Source of the DNA: an uncultured Bacillota bacterium
Lineage (GTDB): Bacteria > Sysuimicrobiota > Sysuimicrobiia > Sysuimicrobiales > Segetimicrobiaceae
Length of the DNA: 64,000 bases
Direction: 5' to 3'
NCBI GenBank assembly: GCA_963804645.1
Contig: CAWDRG010000005.1
Span: forward strand, 1 to 64,000
How positions within the stretch are numbered: the stretch's first letter is position 1; each line of letters begins with the position of its first letter. This document shows positions 1 through 9,621 of the stretch, piece after piece. Position numbers and translations under genes: made by a program. A model generated the notes under the pieces. It saw nothing but the letters and a program-made list of their open reading frames with translations. It did not search any database and was not told the origin of the DNA.

Positions 1-60
1 TCAGAAGCTACCGGGGCAACGCCCCTTCAAACTTTTCCGTGCCCGAACGCAGGTCTGCGC

Positions 61-546
61 CTAGTTACACACGCCCCGGGTGGTCCCGATCACCTGGCCG
101 GTCGCCACGACCACCGTAACAATAAAGCCAAGCGGATTCGAGGGGGTGTTGCTGTCGAAGCAGATCATGTTGAAGGTCGCGTTTGGATTGGCGCAGAATT
201 CGTTGGCCGTCCCCTGCGGCTCAAACTTCCCCTTATAGCAGGCGGCGGTGACATGCATCGTCGGCGGGAGATCGACCTGCGACAGCACCGTGCCGACCGA
301 GTTGAGGAACTTGATGCTGTACGGCGGGGAGTCATCAGCGACGACGTACTGGGTCCACTGCCCCGTCGACACCGCGGCGAGCTCGGCCGCGCGTGTCTGC
401 TCGACGATCTGCTCGCCGAACGAGCGCACCTGCGCATTGGCTTGATAGCCCATCAATGACGGCATGATCAAAAGGATCAGCAGGGACAGCAGCGTCAAGG
501 CCACCACAAATTCGATAAACGTGTACCCGGCTTCTCTCGTCCTCAT
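61..546 (-). CDS. Type IV pilin-like protein (FimT/GspH-like minor pilin)
   Basis: Start reassigned to MRTREAG|YTFIEFVVALTLL: class III signal peptide with Glu at +5 and a hydrophobic helix; GGGGGA RBS upstream; 4 Cys; paralog at 40987-41475. Confidence 0.85.
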   Translation of the reverse strand: MRTREAGYTFIEFVVALTLLSLLILLIMPSLMGYQANAQVRSFGEQIVEQTRAAELAAVSTGQWTQYVVADDSPPYSIKFLNSVGTVLSQVDLPPTMHVTAACYKGKFEPQGTANEFCANPNATFNMICFDSNTPSNPLGFIVTVVVATGQVIGTTRGVCN

Positions 547-767
547 CACGGATCCCCCCATGCGCCCAACCTGCGTTGAGCAGACATCCGTCCGAGCCGA
601 CCAACCGGCGCCGCACCGACCCGCGTCCGACACCGTGATTTGTCCGTAGTATACACCCTCAGGCGCCCGCTGTGTGCAACAGTCAACACCCAAACTTCCG
701 TTCGGCATCGCGGCACGGGGCGCGTCCGCCGCGGACGCATGATCGCGGAACCGCAATCGGGCCGCCG

Positions 768-2465
768 CTACGCGGGACGCGCGGAACCGCCGCCATCGGT
801 CCGATCAAATCGAAGCGCCGCGAGATAGGCCGCCTCCGCCTGCGCGGCGCGGCGAGATTCGTCCCACCCGACCGCGCGAAACCGCACCGCACGCTCTCGC
901 CGCGCCTGGGTCAGGAGCCGCAGATCCGGCCGCAGCACCGCGGCGATCTTCGGATATCCGCCCGCCGTGGGACCGTCCGGCATGATGACGATGGGCTGCC
1001 CGCCGCCGGGGACCTGGATGCCCCCCGGCAAGATGCCGTCCGACAGCAGCTCCCCCGGCGCGCGCCGCGCGAGGAGCGGCCCGTCGAGCCGGTACCCTAC
1101 CCGGTCGACCTCGACGCTCAGGGCATACTCGCTATCGAGGAACGCCTCGACCGCGTCCTGCGTGAAGTACTCGTCCTGGGGACCGAGCACGACCCGCACC
1201 TCCACGTCGCCGCCGACAGGCGGAGCGTCGGGCCCGGCGAGGCGGAGGGCCGCGGACGGCGCGCGGTGAAGCGCGCCGAGCCGGTCGCCTTGCGCGAGCC
1301 TGCGGCCGCCGTACCCGCCGATGCCGCCCCTCAGGTACGTCGACCGGCTGCCGAGCACCTCGGGGACATCGATGCCGCCGGGCAGCGCGAGATAGCCCCA
1401 CTGTCCGGCCCGCGCGGCATCGAAGGAGACGACGTCGCCCGCCTCGAGGACGCACGCGCTCCAAAGCGGCACGGGACGGCCGTTTCGCCGGGCGGCCCCG
1501 AAGTCCGCGCCGCCGAACGCGACCACGGTGCGGCGCGCGGCGACGAGCAGCGGCCCGGGAAACGCGAACTCGAGCGCGGCGGCACCCGCCGGGTTTCCGA
1601 GCAGCTGGTTCGTGACGGACAGCGCGAGCGGGTCCATCGCCCCACCCTGCGGCATCCCGTACCGCCGGTAGCCAGGCCGCCCAAGGTCCTGCACCGTCGT
1701 CAGCAGGCCGCCGCGTTCGACGACCAGGTCGGCGCGCGACGGCGGGACCGCGGCGGGCGCCGACTCATCAACCGGCGCCAGGCGCTCGTACTCCTCGACC
1801 GAGATCTCGGCGAAGCGCACGTGGTCGCCGGCCTCCAGCAGGAACGGTTCGGGACGCGCCGGGTCGTAGATCCGAAGCGGCGTGCGGCCGAGCAGCCGCC
1901 ATCCTCCCGGCGTCGAGGTCGGGTACACGCCCGTCTGCATCCCCGCCAGCGCGACCGAGCGCACCGGCACACGCGTCCGGGGCGACCGCAGTCGGGGAAC
2001 CCGCAGCGCGGGCGGCAGCGTCCCCATGTACGGAAACCCCGGCGAGAACCCGGTCATGTACACCCGGTACTCGGTCCCGGCGTGGACCGCGACCACCTGC
2101 GACTCGGACAAACCGGTCTCCTCGGCCACGCCCGCAAGATCGGGCCCGTGGACGCCGCCGTAGACGGTCGGGATCTCGATCCGCCGGCCCGCGGGGAGCG
2201 ACACGCGGCCGGCCTGCCTGAGGAGTGCCGTCACCGAGGCCCGGAGCTCGGACGCGCCGACGCACGCGGGGTCGTACACGACGAGCAGCGAGCGGTACGT
2301 CGGCACCGTTTCGCGGATGCCCGGCAGGCGCTCCGCTTCGAGCGTCGCCCGCAGCGCGAGGACGGCGCCGTTCGCGGCGTCGGAGATCTCGTCGCCCCCG
2401 AACTCCACGACGAGTCCCGAGTCGCCGAGCGGCAGGAACCGCGGTCCCGCTGCGGCCCCGGTCAC
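768..2465 (-). CDS. pxpBC: 5-oxoprolinase subunit B/C fusion (allophanate hydrolase subunit 1+2 family)
   Basis: N-half has GFSPGFPYMG and TPGGWRLLGRT (PxpB); C-half has TTVQDLGRPG, GSRSTY and PTAGGYPKIA (PxpC). Confidence 0.9.
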   Translation of the reverse strand: MTGAAAGPRFLPLGDSGLVVEFGGDEISDAANGAVLALRATLEAERLPGIRETVPTYRSLLVVYDPACVGASELRASVTALLRQAGRVSLPAGRRIEIPTVYGGVHGPDLAGVAEETGLSESQVVAVHAGTEYRVYMTGFSPGFPYMGTLPPALRVPRLRSPRTRVPVRSVALAGMQTGVYPTSTPGGWRLLGRTPLRIYDPARPEPFLLEAGDHVRFAEISVEEYERLAPVDESAPAAVPPSRADLVVERGGLLTTVQDLGRPGYRRYGMPQGGAMDPLALSVTNQLLGNPAGAAALEFAFPGPLLVAARRTVVAFGGADFGAARRNGRPVPLWSACVLEAGDVVSFDAARAGQWGYLALPGGIDVPEVLGSRSTYLRGGIGGYGGRRLAQGDRLGALHRAPSAALRLAGPDAPPVGGDVEVRVVLGPQDEYFTQDAVEAFLDSEYALSVEVDRVGYRLDGPLLARRAPGELLSDGILPGGIQVPGGGQPIVIMPDGPTAGGYPKIAAVLRPDLRLLTQARRERAVRFRAVGWDESRRAAQAEAAYLAALRFDRTDGGGSARPA

Positions 2466-3286
2466 GGAGCCGCGGGCTCAGACGCGGGCGCGTACGACCC
2501 GAGCACGCGCAGCATCGAGGTGTGTGCGCGCATCTCTTCGATCGCGGCCTGCACATCGGGATCGTCCGCGTGGCCGTCGAAGTCCATATAGAAGACGTAC
2601 TCCCAGGACCCGATGCGCAGCGGGCGCGATTCGATCTTGGCCATGTTGATCTGGCGCGCTGCGAGCGCGCCGAGCACCCGGTAGAGGGCCGCGGGCCGGT
2701 TCTGCACGACGAACACCACCGACGTCTTGCTCCGCGGGGTCCGCGGCGCCGGGGTCAGGCCGATCCCCAAGAAGCGCGTGTAGTTGTGCGGGTTCGTCTC
2801 GATCTCGGACGCCAGGACTGTCAGCCCGTAGATCTCGGCCGCGCGGCGGGACGCGACGGCGGCGGCGCCGAGGCGCTGCTCCGCGCGGATCATCTTGGCG
2901 CTGCCGGCGGTGTCGTAGAAGGCGACCGGCTCCACGCCAAGCCCCTTGAGGTAGCGCTCGCACTGCGCCAGCGCCTGCGGGTGCGAGTACGCCTGCCGGA
3001 TCTCCCCGAGCGTCTGTCCGGGGAGGGCCATCAGGCAGTGGCTGACGCGCAGATCCAGCTCGCCGCCGATGACGAGCTCGTGCGCGAGCAGAAGGTCGTA
3101 CGTCTCGTTGATCGTTCCGGCCTGGGAGTTCTCCACCGGCACCACGCCGCGGTCCGCGCGCCCGGCGGTGACCGCCTCGAAGACGTCGGGAAGGCGCGGC
3201 GCCGGGACCGTCTCGACCTCCCCGCACAGGCGAATCACCGCTTCCTCGCTGTAGGCGCCCGGCTCTCCCTGAAACGCGACCCGCAT
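2462..3286 (-). CDS. pheA: Prephenate dehydratase
   Basis: MRVAFQGEPGAYSE, VPVENS, SHPQALAQC, NYTRF, KIESRP and a C-terminal ACT domain ending LGSY. Confidence 0.95.
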   Translation of the reverse strand: MRVAFQGEPGAYSEEAVIRLCGEVETVPAPRLPDVFEAVTAGRADRGVVPVENSQAGTINETYDLLLAHELVIGGELDLRVSHCLMALPGQTLGEIRQAYSHPQALAQCERYLKGLGVEPVAFYDTAGSAKMIRAEQRLGAAAVASRRAAEIYGLTVLASEIETNPHNYTRFLGIGLTPAPRTPRSKTSVVFVVQNRPAALYRVLGALAARQINMAKIESRPLRIGSWEYVFYMDFDGHADDPDVQAAIEEMRAHTSMLRVLGSYAPASEPAAP

Positions 3287-3302
3287 GCCGCCCTCCCGAC
3301 GC

Positions 3303-4481
3303 TCAGTCGTCGAGCAGTGTCTGCACGGCGCGCGCGCGGCCGTGTTCAAGAAACACCCGGGGCAGGCGCCGGGCCGTGCGGGCCAGCACCTCGTACGCGA
3401 TCGTCTGCGCCGCCTCCGCCACGTCGTCCACGGGGAGCCCGGCACCCCACAGCTCCGCCGCATCGCCCACGTCGACCGGCGTGTCGCCGGCGTCCACCGT
3501 GATCTGATCCATGCTGATCCGACCCGCGATCGGCAGACGGGCGTCCCCGATCAGGACGGTCCCGCGGTCGCCGGCGAGCCGGGGATACCCGTCGGCGTAC
3601 CCGATGGGCAGCGTCGCGATCGTCGTCTCACGCGGCGCGCGGTACGTGCCTCCGTAACCGACCGCGGTCCCCGCGGGGACCCGCTTGCGGTGCACGACCC
3701 GCGCGCGCACCCGCATCGCCGGTCGCAGCGGGGCGCGGCCCCGCAGGTGCGGCGCGGGCGCGACCCCGTACAGCGCGATGCCGCAGCGCACCAGATTGAA
3801 ATGCGACGCGGGAAGAGCGAGCGTGGCCGCGCTGTTCGCGGCGTGTCTCCACACGGGACGGATCGCGCTTCGGTCAAGCGCATCCAGCACGCCGCGAAAC
3901 AGCTCGAGCTGCGCCTCGGCGGAGCCGAGATCGACGGCGTCCGCGGCAGCGAAATGCGTGGCGCAGCCCTCGAGCACCGCGTGCGGCAGTGCGGCCAGCC
4001 GCCGCGCCAGCGCCACCGCGTCGTGCGGCGCCGCGCCGATCCGGCCCATCCCCGTATCCACCTTCAGGTGCAGGCGGGCCGTGCGGCCGGTCGCGCCCGC
4101 GCTCCGGGCCGCGGCGTCCGCGACGCGGTCGTCCGACACGGTGAGCGCGAGATCGTGCGCCACCGCGCGGCCGGCCTCGTCGGGCAGGAGCGAGCCGAGC
4201 ACCAGCACCGGGGCCGCGATGCCGGCGCGGCGGAGCTCCACGCCCTCGTCCACGGTCGCCACGCCGAGCCCCCAGGCGCCCGCGTCCAGCGCCGCGCGCG
4301 CCACCGGCACGGCGCCGTGCCCGTAGGCGTTCCCCTTGACGACGGCGAGCACCGCGGCGGGCGCCGCCGCGCGCCGGAGCGCCGCCAGGTTGTCGCGGAT
4401 CGCGTCGAGATCGATCTCCGCCCACGCCGGCCGCGACGGCCCCTCGGGCGGCGCGGCCTCAGGGGATGGCCGTGACGCCAT
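3303..4481 (-). CDS. alr: Alanine racemase
   Basis: AVVKGNAYGHG PLP-lysine motif, HLKVDTGMGRIG, GYADG, GRISMDQ, TIAYE. Confidence 0.96.
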   Translation of the reverse strand: MASRPSPEAAPPEGPSRPAWAEIDLDAIRDNLAALRRAAAPAAVLAVVKGNAYGHGAVPVARAALDAGAWGLGVATVDEGVELRRAGIAAPVLVLGSLLPDEAGRAVAHDLALTVSDDRVADAAARSAGATGRTARLHLKVDTGMGRIGAAPHDAVALARRLAALPHAVLEGCATHFAAADAVDLGSAEAQLELFRGVLDALDRSAIRPVWRHAANSAATLALPASHFNLVRCGIALYGVAPAPHLRGRAPLRPAMRVRARVVHRKRVPAGTAVGYGGTYRAPRETTIATLPIGYADGYPRLAGDRGTVLIGDARLPIAGRISMDQITVDAGDTPVDVGDAAELWGAGLPVDDVAEAAQTIAYEVLARTARRLPRVFLEHGRARAVQTLLDD

Positions 4482-6030
4482 CGTCCACCTCGCCCGCGCG
4501 GACCTGCGCGAGCGCCCAGGGGATCGCGTCGGCCACCTCGTGCGCCAGCAGGCCCAGCTCTGAGCGGGCGGCGAGATCGCCGGCCCGGCCGTGGAGATAC
4601 ACGGCGCAGCCCGCGGCCTCGAACGCGGGCATCCCCGCGCCCAGAAACGCCGCCGTGGCCCCGGTCAGCACGTCCCCCATCCCGCCGGTCGCCATCGCGC
4701 CGTTGCCGGTGGGGACCACGAGCGCACGCCCGTCCGGCGACGTGACGACGGTGCGCGCGCCCTTCAGCACCACCACCACGCCGAGCCGCGCCGAGGCCGA
4801 CCGCGCGGTCTCCACGCGATCGCGCTGCACGTCGGCGATCTCGCAGCCCAAGAGGCGCGCCATCTCGCCGGGATGCGGCGTGATCACGACCGGCGCGCGC
4901 ACCGCGCCGAGGCGCTCGGGTTCGCCGGCGAGGGCGTTCAGCGCGTCGGCGTCCGCGACCAGCGGCCGGTCGAGGCGCGGCAGCAGCCCGCGCACGAGCG
5001 CGGCCACCTCCGCGTGCATCGTCAGCCCCGGGCCGATCGCGAGCACCGACGACGCGGCGGCCCACTCGACGATCTCCTCGAGCGCGCGCGCCGCGACCGT
5101 CCCTTCCGGGGTCTCGGGCAGCGCGCGCGTCATCGCCTCGGGAAGCGACCCGGCCGGCACGGCGGCGAGCGAGCCCGGCAGCCCGATCGTAACCAGCCCC
5201 GCCCCGGCGCGGATCGCGCCGCGGGCGGCCAAGATCGCCGCGCCGACGAACCCGCGCGCGCCGGCGACCAGCGCGACCCGGCCGAACTGCCCCTTCTGGC
5301 CGTCCGCCGGCCTGACAGGCAGCGTCCGGTTCACCCACGGGCCGGTCGCGAGCGCCACGGGGATCGGCGCCGCGTCGACGAGGGCGTGGGGCAGACCGAT
5401 ATCCGCGACGTACACGCGGCCCGCGTGCGCCGCCGCCGGATACTGCATCAGCCCGCGCTTCGGAAGGCCCATCGTGACCGTCGCCACGGCGTGCACACAG
5501 GGCGCCGCGGCCCCACCCGTTGCGGCGTCGATACCGGACGGGACGTCCACGGCGAGGATCGGGGTCCCGGAGCGGTTGGCGGCCTCGATCACGCGCGCGG
5601 GCTCGCCCGCGGCCGGTCCCCGAAATCCGGTGCCGAAGATCGCGTCGATGAGCAGGTCGGCGTCGCGGAGCAGCCCGTCGAGCACCGCGTCGTCGAGGTG
5701 GGCCGAGTCCTCGATGCGCGCGCGGCGGCCGCGCAGCGCCGCCAGATGCGCGGCCGGATCGCCGCGCAGCGACGCATCCGGCACGACCATCAGCGCGACC
5801 ACCGCGGCGTCCCCGTCGAGGTCGCGCGCGGCCACGAGCCCGTCGCCGCCGTTGTTCCCCTTGCCGACCAGCACGACCACGCGGCGGCCGCCGCGCGGCC
5901 GGAGGAGACGCCGGGCCACGTCCGCCGTGCCCGCGCCCGCACGGATCATCAGGGACGCGATGGACATGCCGTGGACGTCCTGCGCCTGCCGCTCAAGGGC
6001 CGCCATCTCGGACGGCGTGGGAAGCTTCAC
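4459..6030 (-). CDS. nnr: Bifunctional NAD(P)H-hydrate epimerase/dehydratase
   Basis: GKGNNGGDG, DAIFGTG, DVPSG, ITPHPGEM, MATGGMGDVL. Confidence 0.95.
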   Translation of the reverse strand: MKLPTPSEMAALERQAQDVHGMSIASLMIRAGAGTADVARRLLRPRGGRRVVVLVGKGNNGGDGLVAARDLDGDAAVVALMVVPDASLRGDPAAHLAALRGRRARIEDSAHLDDAVLDGLLRDADLLIDAIFGTGFRGPAAGEPARVIEAANRSGTPILAVDVPSGIDAATGGAAAPCVHAVATVTMGLPKRGLMQYPAAAHAGRVYVADIGLPHALVDAAPIPVALATGPWVNRTLPVRPADGQKGQFGRVALVAGARGFVGAAILAARGAIRAGAGLVTIGLPGSLAAVPAGSLPEAMTRALPETPEGTVAARALEEIVEWAAASSVLAIGPGLTMHAEVAALVRGLLPRLDRPLVADADALNALAGEPERLGAVRAPVVITPHPGEMARLLGCEIADVQRDRVETARSASARLGVVVVLKGARTVVTSPDGRALVVPTGNGAMATGGMGDVLTGATAAFLGAGMPAFEAAGCAVYLHGRAGDLAARSELGLLAHEVADAIPWALAQVRAGEVDDGVTAIP

Positions 6031-6085
6031 GGGCGGCGCGCCCCGTCCCCGGGCTGTCCGATCGCGCGGCGATGCTCGAACGCGG

Positions 6086-6166
6086 TCACACTCCGAGCGC
6101 GACCGCGGCGGCCGGGCGGCCCTGTGTGTGCGAGGTCGACGCCGACCCCATGCATCCTCGGATCAT
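6086..6166 (-). pseudogene. acpS: Collapsed remnant of holo-ACP synthase (acpS-like)
   Basis: 81-nt mini-ORF MIRGCMGSASTSHTQGRPAAAVALGV; an overlapping frame reads GVGVDL. These resemble the AcpS N-terminus (MIxGxGxD) and C-terminus (SxSH..AxAVA), at the usual acpS position upstream of nnr-alr. Confidence 0.6.
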
Positions 6167-6185
6167 CGGCCGGCTGCCCGCGGCG

Positions 6186-6350
6186 CTACGACCGCCGCGG
6201 CTCCGCTTCCTCGATCAGCATCACGGGGATTCCATCGCGAATCGGATAGCGGCGCCCGCACGCGGTGCAGACGATCCGGTCCCCCTCCTCGACGACCGGC
6301 GCCTTGCACGCCGGGCACGCGAGGATCTGCAGCAGTTCACGGTCAATCAT
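6186..6350 (-). CDS. Trm112/YcaR family zinc-ribbon protein
   Basis: MIDRELLQILACPACK...CTACGRRYPIRDGIPVMLIEEA; GGAGG RBS. Confidence 0.92.
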   Translation of the reverse strand: MIDRELLQILACPACKAPVVEEGDRIVCTACGRRYPIRDGIPVMLIEEAEPRRS

Positions 6351-6396
6351 CGGCCCGAACCTCCCGGCGACGATACCGCCGCGGTGTCCCCGTCGG

Positions 6397-7329
6397 TCAC
6401 GCGCGCACCGAACCGTGCGCTCGAAACCATTCGACGGTGCGGCGAAGGCCTTCCTCCAACGGGACGCCCGCGCGCCAGTCCAGCAGGCGGGAGGCCCGGC
6501 TCGGATCCAGCACGATCCGGTGCACCTCGCCGGGAATCGCCGGGGCATGGTGCGGGAGCACGGACGCGCCGGTCAGCTGCCGCAGCAGCACCGCGAGCTC
6601 GGCGACCGAGGTCCCGACCCCCGTGGCGATCTGCACCGGCTCGTCGAGGCGCCGCCCGAGCACCCGGAGGTTCGCCTGGGCGACGTCGCCCACGTACACG
6701 AAGTCGCGCACCTGCGAGCCGTCGCCGAATACGGTCGGGCGCCGTCCCGCGAGGAACGCGGCGGTAAAGATCGCCACCACGCCCGCCTCGGTCTCCGGGT
6801 CCTGGCGCGGCCCGTACACGTTGGCGTACCGGAACACCGCCGTGTTGAGGCCGCGCACGCGCCGGTAGTACTCGAAGTACTGCTCGTCCAGATACTTGTG
6901 CAGCCCGTACGGCGACATCGGGCGGACCGGGTGGTCCTCGGTCACCGGCAGCCGCTCCGGCTCGCCGTAGAGCGCCCCCGCCGTCCCGGAGAAGATCACC
7001 TGCGACACGTGATGGCGCGCCGCCAGCTCGAGGACCCGGAGGGTGCCGAGCACGTTGATGTCCGCATCGAAGATCGGGTCCGCGATCGAGCGCCGCAGGT
7101 TCGCCTGCGCCGCGTGATGGGACACGACATCGGGCCGCTCGTCCTGGAACACCTGCGCGAGCTGCGGGCTCCGAATGTCGACCTGGTAGCACACGACGCC
7201 CGCGGGCGCGTTGTTCCGGCGCCCGCCGAGCAGCACGTCGACCACCGCGACGTGATGGCCCGCGTCGCGGTACGCCTCGGCGACGTGCGAGCCGATGAAT
7301 CCCGACCCCCCGGTGACGAGAATTCTCAT
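6397..7329 (-). CDS. NAD-dependent epimerase/dehydratase (UDP-glucose 4-epimerase-like)
   Basis: MRILVTGGSGFIGSH, YGLHK (YxxxK), RYANVYGPRQ, RDFVYVGDV; overlaps the glmS stop. Confidence 0.9.
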   Translation of the reverse strand: MRILVTGGSGFIGSHVAEAYRDAGHHVAVVDVLLGGRRNNAPAGVVCYQVDIRSPQLAQVFQDERPDVVSHHAAQANLRRSIADPIFDADINVLGTLRVLELAARHHVSQVIFSGTAGALYGEPERLPVTEDHPVRPMSPYGLHKYLDEQYFEYYRRVRGLNTAVFRYANVYGPRQDPETEAGVVAIFTAAFLAGRRPTVFGDGSQVRDFVYVGDVAQANLRVLGRRLDEPVQIATGVGTSVAELAVLLRQLTGASVLPHHAPAIPGEVHRIVLDPSRASRLLDWRAGVPLEEGLRRTVEWFRAHGSVRA

Positions 7330-9155
7330 TCGACCGTCACGCTCTTGGCGAGATTGCGCGGCTGGTCGACATCGTTGCCGCGAAGGCGCGCGACGTGGTA
7401 CGCGAACAGCTGCAGGGGGATCACCGACAGCACGGGGGCCAGCGCCGGATCCGTCGCCGGCACGCGCAGTAGCGTGTTGACGTGCGGCCCGAGGGCCGCC
7501 GCGGTCGCGTCGGTCGCGACCCCGATGACGTCCGCGCCGCGGGCGCGCACCTGCTGAATGTTGCTGACCGTCTTCTCGAGCAGGTCCGGCTGCGTCGCAA
7601 GCGCGACCACCACGACGCCCGGCGTCACGAGCGCGAGCGTGCCGTGCTTCAGCTCGCCGCCGGCGAGCGCCTCGGAGTGGATGTAGCTGATCTCCTTGAA
7701 CTTCAGCGAGCCCTCCATCGCGACGGAGTAGTCCAACCCCCGGCCGATGAAGAAGACGTCCTCCGTTTGGTACAGGCGCTCCGCGAGTGCGGCGATCTCC
7801 GGCTCCCCGAGCAGCACCGTCTGGGCGTGCGTCGGCAGCGCCCGGAGCCCCTGGATTAGGGACGCGACCCGGGCCGGGGACAGGGTCCCCCGTGCCTGGC
7901 CGAGGTGGACGGCGAGCATCGTGAGCGCCGCCAGCTGCGTGAGGTAGGCCTTGGTCGAGCACACCGCGATCTCCGGCCCGGCGCGGGTGTAGAGCACGTC
8001 GTCGGCCTCCCGCGCCAGCGTGCTGCCCACGACGTTCGCCACCGCCAGCATGCGCGCGCCCCGCGCGCGCGCCTCCCGAGCGGCGGCGATCGTATCCGCG
8101 GTCTCGCCCGATTGGCTGATCGCGACCGCGAGCTGACGGTCGCCCGCGAGCGGATTCCGGTACCGGAACTCGCTGCCGAGATCGGCTTCGGCCGGCACGC
8201 CCGCGAGCTGCTCGATGAGCGTGCGCCCCACGAGGCCCGCGTGGTACGCGGTACCGCACGCGACGAGCCAGACCTTCTCGAGCGCCCGCGCGGCCTCGGG
8301 GCCGAGCGTCACGCCGTCGAGCGCGACCGTCCGGTCGTTCGGCAGCCGGCCCATCATCGTCTCCTGAAGGGCGCGGGGTTGCTCGTGGATCTCCTTCAGC
8401 ATGAAGTGGGCGTACCCGCCCTTCTCGGCGGCTTCGGCATCCCAGTCCACGCGCATCGGCGTGCGCGCGACGCGCCCCCCGCCGAGGCGGCTGATCGACG
8501 TCGCCTCGCGCGTCAGCACCGCCATCTCTCCGTCCTCGATCACCAGCACGTCGCGGGTGTGCGGGAGGAGCGCCGGGATATCCGACGCGAGCAGCGTCTC
8601 GCCCCGGCCGATGCCGACGATCAGCGGGCTGATGCGCCGCACGGCCACGATTCGGCCGGGGTCGTCCGCGCACAGCACCACGAGCGCGTACGCGCCCCGG
8701 GTCTGCGCCACGGCCTGTTCCACCGCGACGGGCAGGTCGCCCCGATAGGCGTCCTCGATCAGGTGCGCCAGCACCTCGGTGTCCGTGTCGGACTGAAACC
8801 GGTGGCCGCGCGCCACCAGGTCGTCCTTCAGCGCGAGGAAGTTCTCGATGATCCCGTTGTGAATCACCACGACGCGGCCGCGACAGTCGAGGTGCGGGTG
8901 CGCGTTCTCGTCGGACGGGTGCCCGTGGGTCGCCCACCGGGTGTGGCCGATCCCCACGTGGCCCTCGACCGGCTGCCGCTCAACGAGCTCCGCGAGGCGG
9001 GCGAGCTTGCCCGCCGCCTTGCGCACCTGAATGCCGCTGCCGTTCATCACGGCGACGCCCGCGGAGTCGTACCCGCGGTACTCCAGCCGGCGCAGCCCGT
9101 CGAGCAGGATCGGCACGGCCGGCCGCTCACCGATGTAGCCCATGATTCCACACAT
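7326..9155 (-). CDS. glmS: Glutamine--fructose-6-phosphate transaminase (isomerizing)
   Basis: MCGIMGY, LEYRGYDSAG, GHTRWATHG, SQSGETADT, C-terminal DQPRNLAKSVTVE; 609 aa. Confidence 0.98.
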   Translation of the reverse strand: MCGIMGYIGERPAVPILLDGLRRLEYRGYDSAGVAVMNGSGIQVRKAAGKLARLAELVERQPVEGHVGIGHTRWATHGHPSDENAHPHLDCRGRVVVIHNGIIENFLALKDDLVARGHRFQSDTDTEVLAHLIEDAYRGDLPVAVEQAVAQTRGAYALVVLCADDPGRIVAVRRISPLIVGIGRGETLLASDIPALLPHTRDVLVIEDGEMAVLTREATSISRLGGGRVARTPMRVDWDAEAAEKGGYAHFMLKEIHEQPRALQETMMGRLPNDRTVALDGVTLGPEAARALEKVWLVACGTAYHAGLVGRTLIEQLAGVPAEADLGSEFRYRNPLAGDRQLAVAISQSGETADTIAAAREARARGARMLAVANVVGSTLAREADDVLYTRAGPEIAVCSTKAYLTQLAALTMLAVHLGQARGTLSPARVASLIQGLRALPTHAQTVLLGEPEIAALAERLYQTEDVFFIGRGLDYSVAMEGSLKFKEISYIHSEALAGGELKHGTLALVTPGVVVVALATQPDLLEKTVSNIQQVRARGADVIGVATDATAAALGPHVNTLLRVPATDPALAPVLSVIPLQLFAYHVARLRGNDVDQPRNLAKSVTVE

Positions 9156-9314
9156 GACGTGCCTCCGGAACGCCCCCGCAGCCCGCGCAGGCGCATGCCA
9201 AGCCGGGAGCCGGGGCGACGATGAGTCCACTAGGTGGCACGCGCGGCGCCGGGCGTATGCCCGCGCGCGGCCGGGTGGATGGGGATCCACCGGACCGCCC
9301 GCCGCGGTGCGCTG

Positions 9315-9476
9315 CTGTCCCGGACGCCTTTTGTCCCCGGGGTCGCCCCCGGGTTTTGGCAGCATCCTTGAGGCCTGGACCGGCCTAGGGTCACCCGCCG
9401 AATGGGAGCCTGCGGCTCCGCTCGAGATCCCCTACCTCGTCAACTCGCCCAATGGCCCGGCGAGTTCCGGCGCTTG
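9315..9476 (-). ncRNA. glmS ribozyme (GlcN6P-activated riboswitch)
   Basis: Minus strand reads A^GCGCC-GGAACUCGCC...GGCGAGUU-GACGAGG-UAGGG...UCGGCGG...CCCUA, then P3 GGCC/GGCC and a P4 with a GCGA tetraloop; upstream of glmS; predicted cleavage between 9474 and 9473. Confidence 0.93.
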
Positions 9477-9621
9477 TCCCACCTGCGCGTCCCCCCACCC
9501 CCTCGACACCCCGGCACCTCCCAAGGCGTCACCTCAGTATACCGCAACGCGTCCGCGCAACGCCCCCCGCCGCCCGGGCCCGGCAGGATCTCGGGGGTAC
9601 CTCGCGAACGATTCGCCCCGT

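Noticed and set aside
550..760. Possible c-di-GMP riboswitch in the pilin leader
   Set aside because: No class I or II consensus seen; only a TATACT -10 without a well-spaced -35.
9215..9240. Hammerhead-like GAUGAGUCC in the glmS leader
   Set aside because: Lacks the CUGAUGA core and GAAA partner, and is on the non-coding strand.
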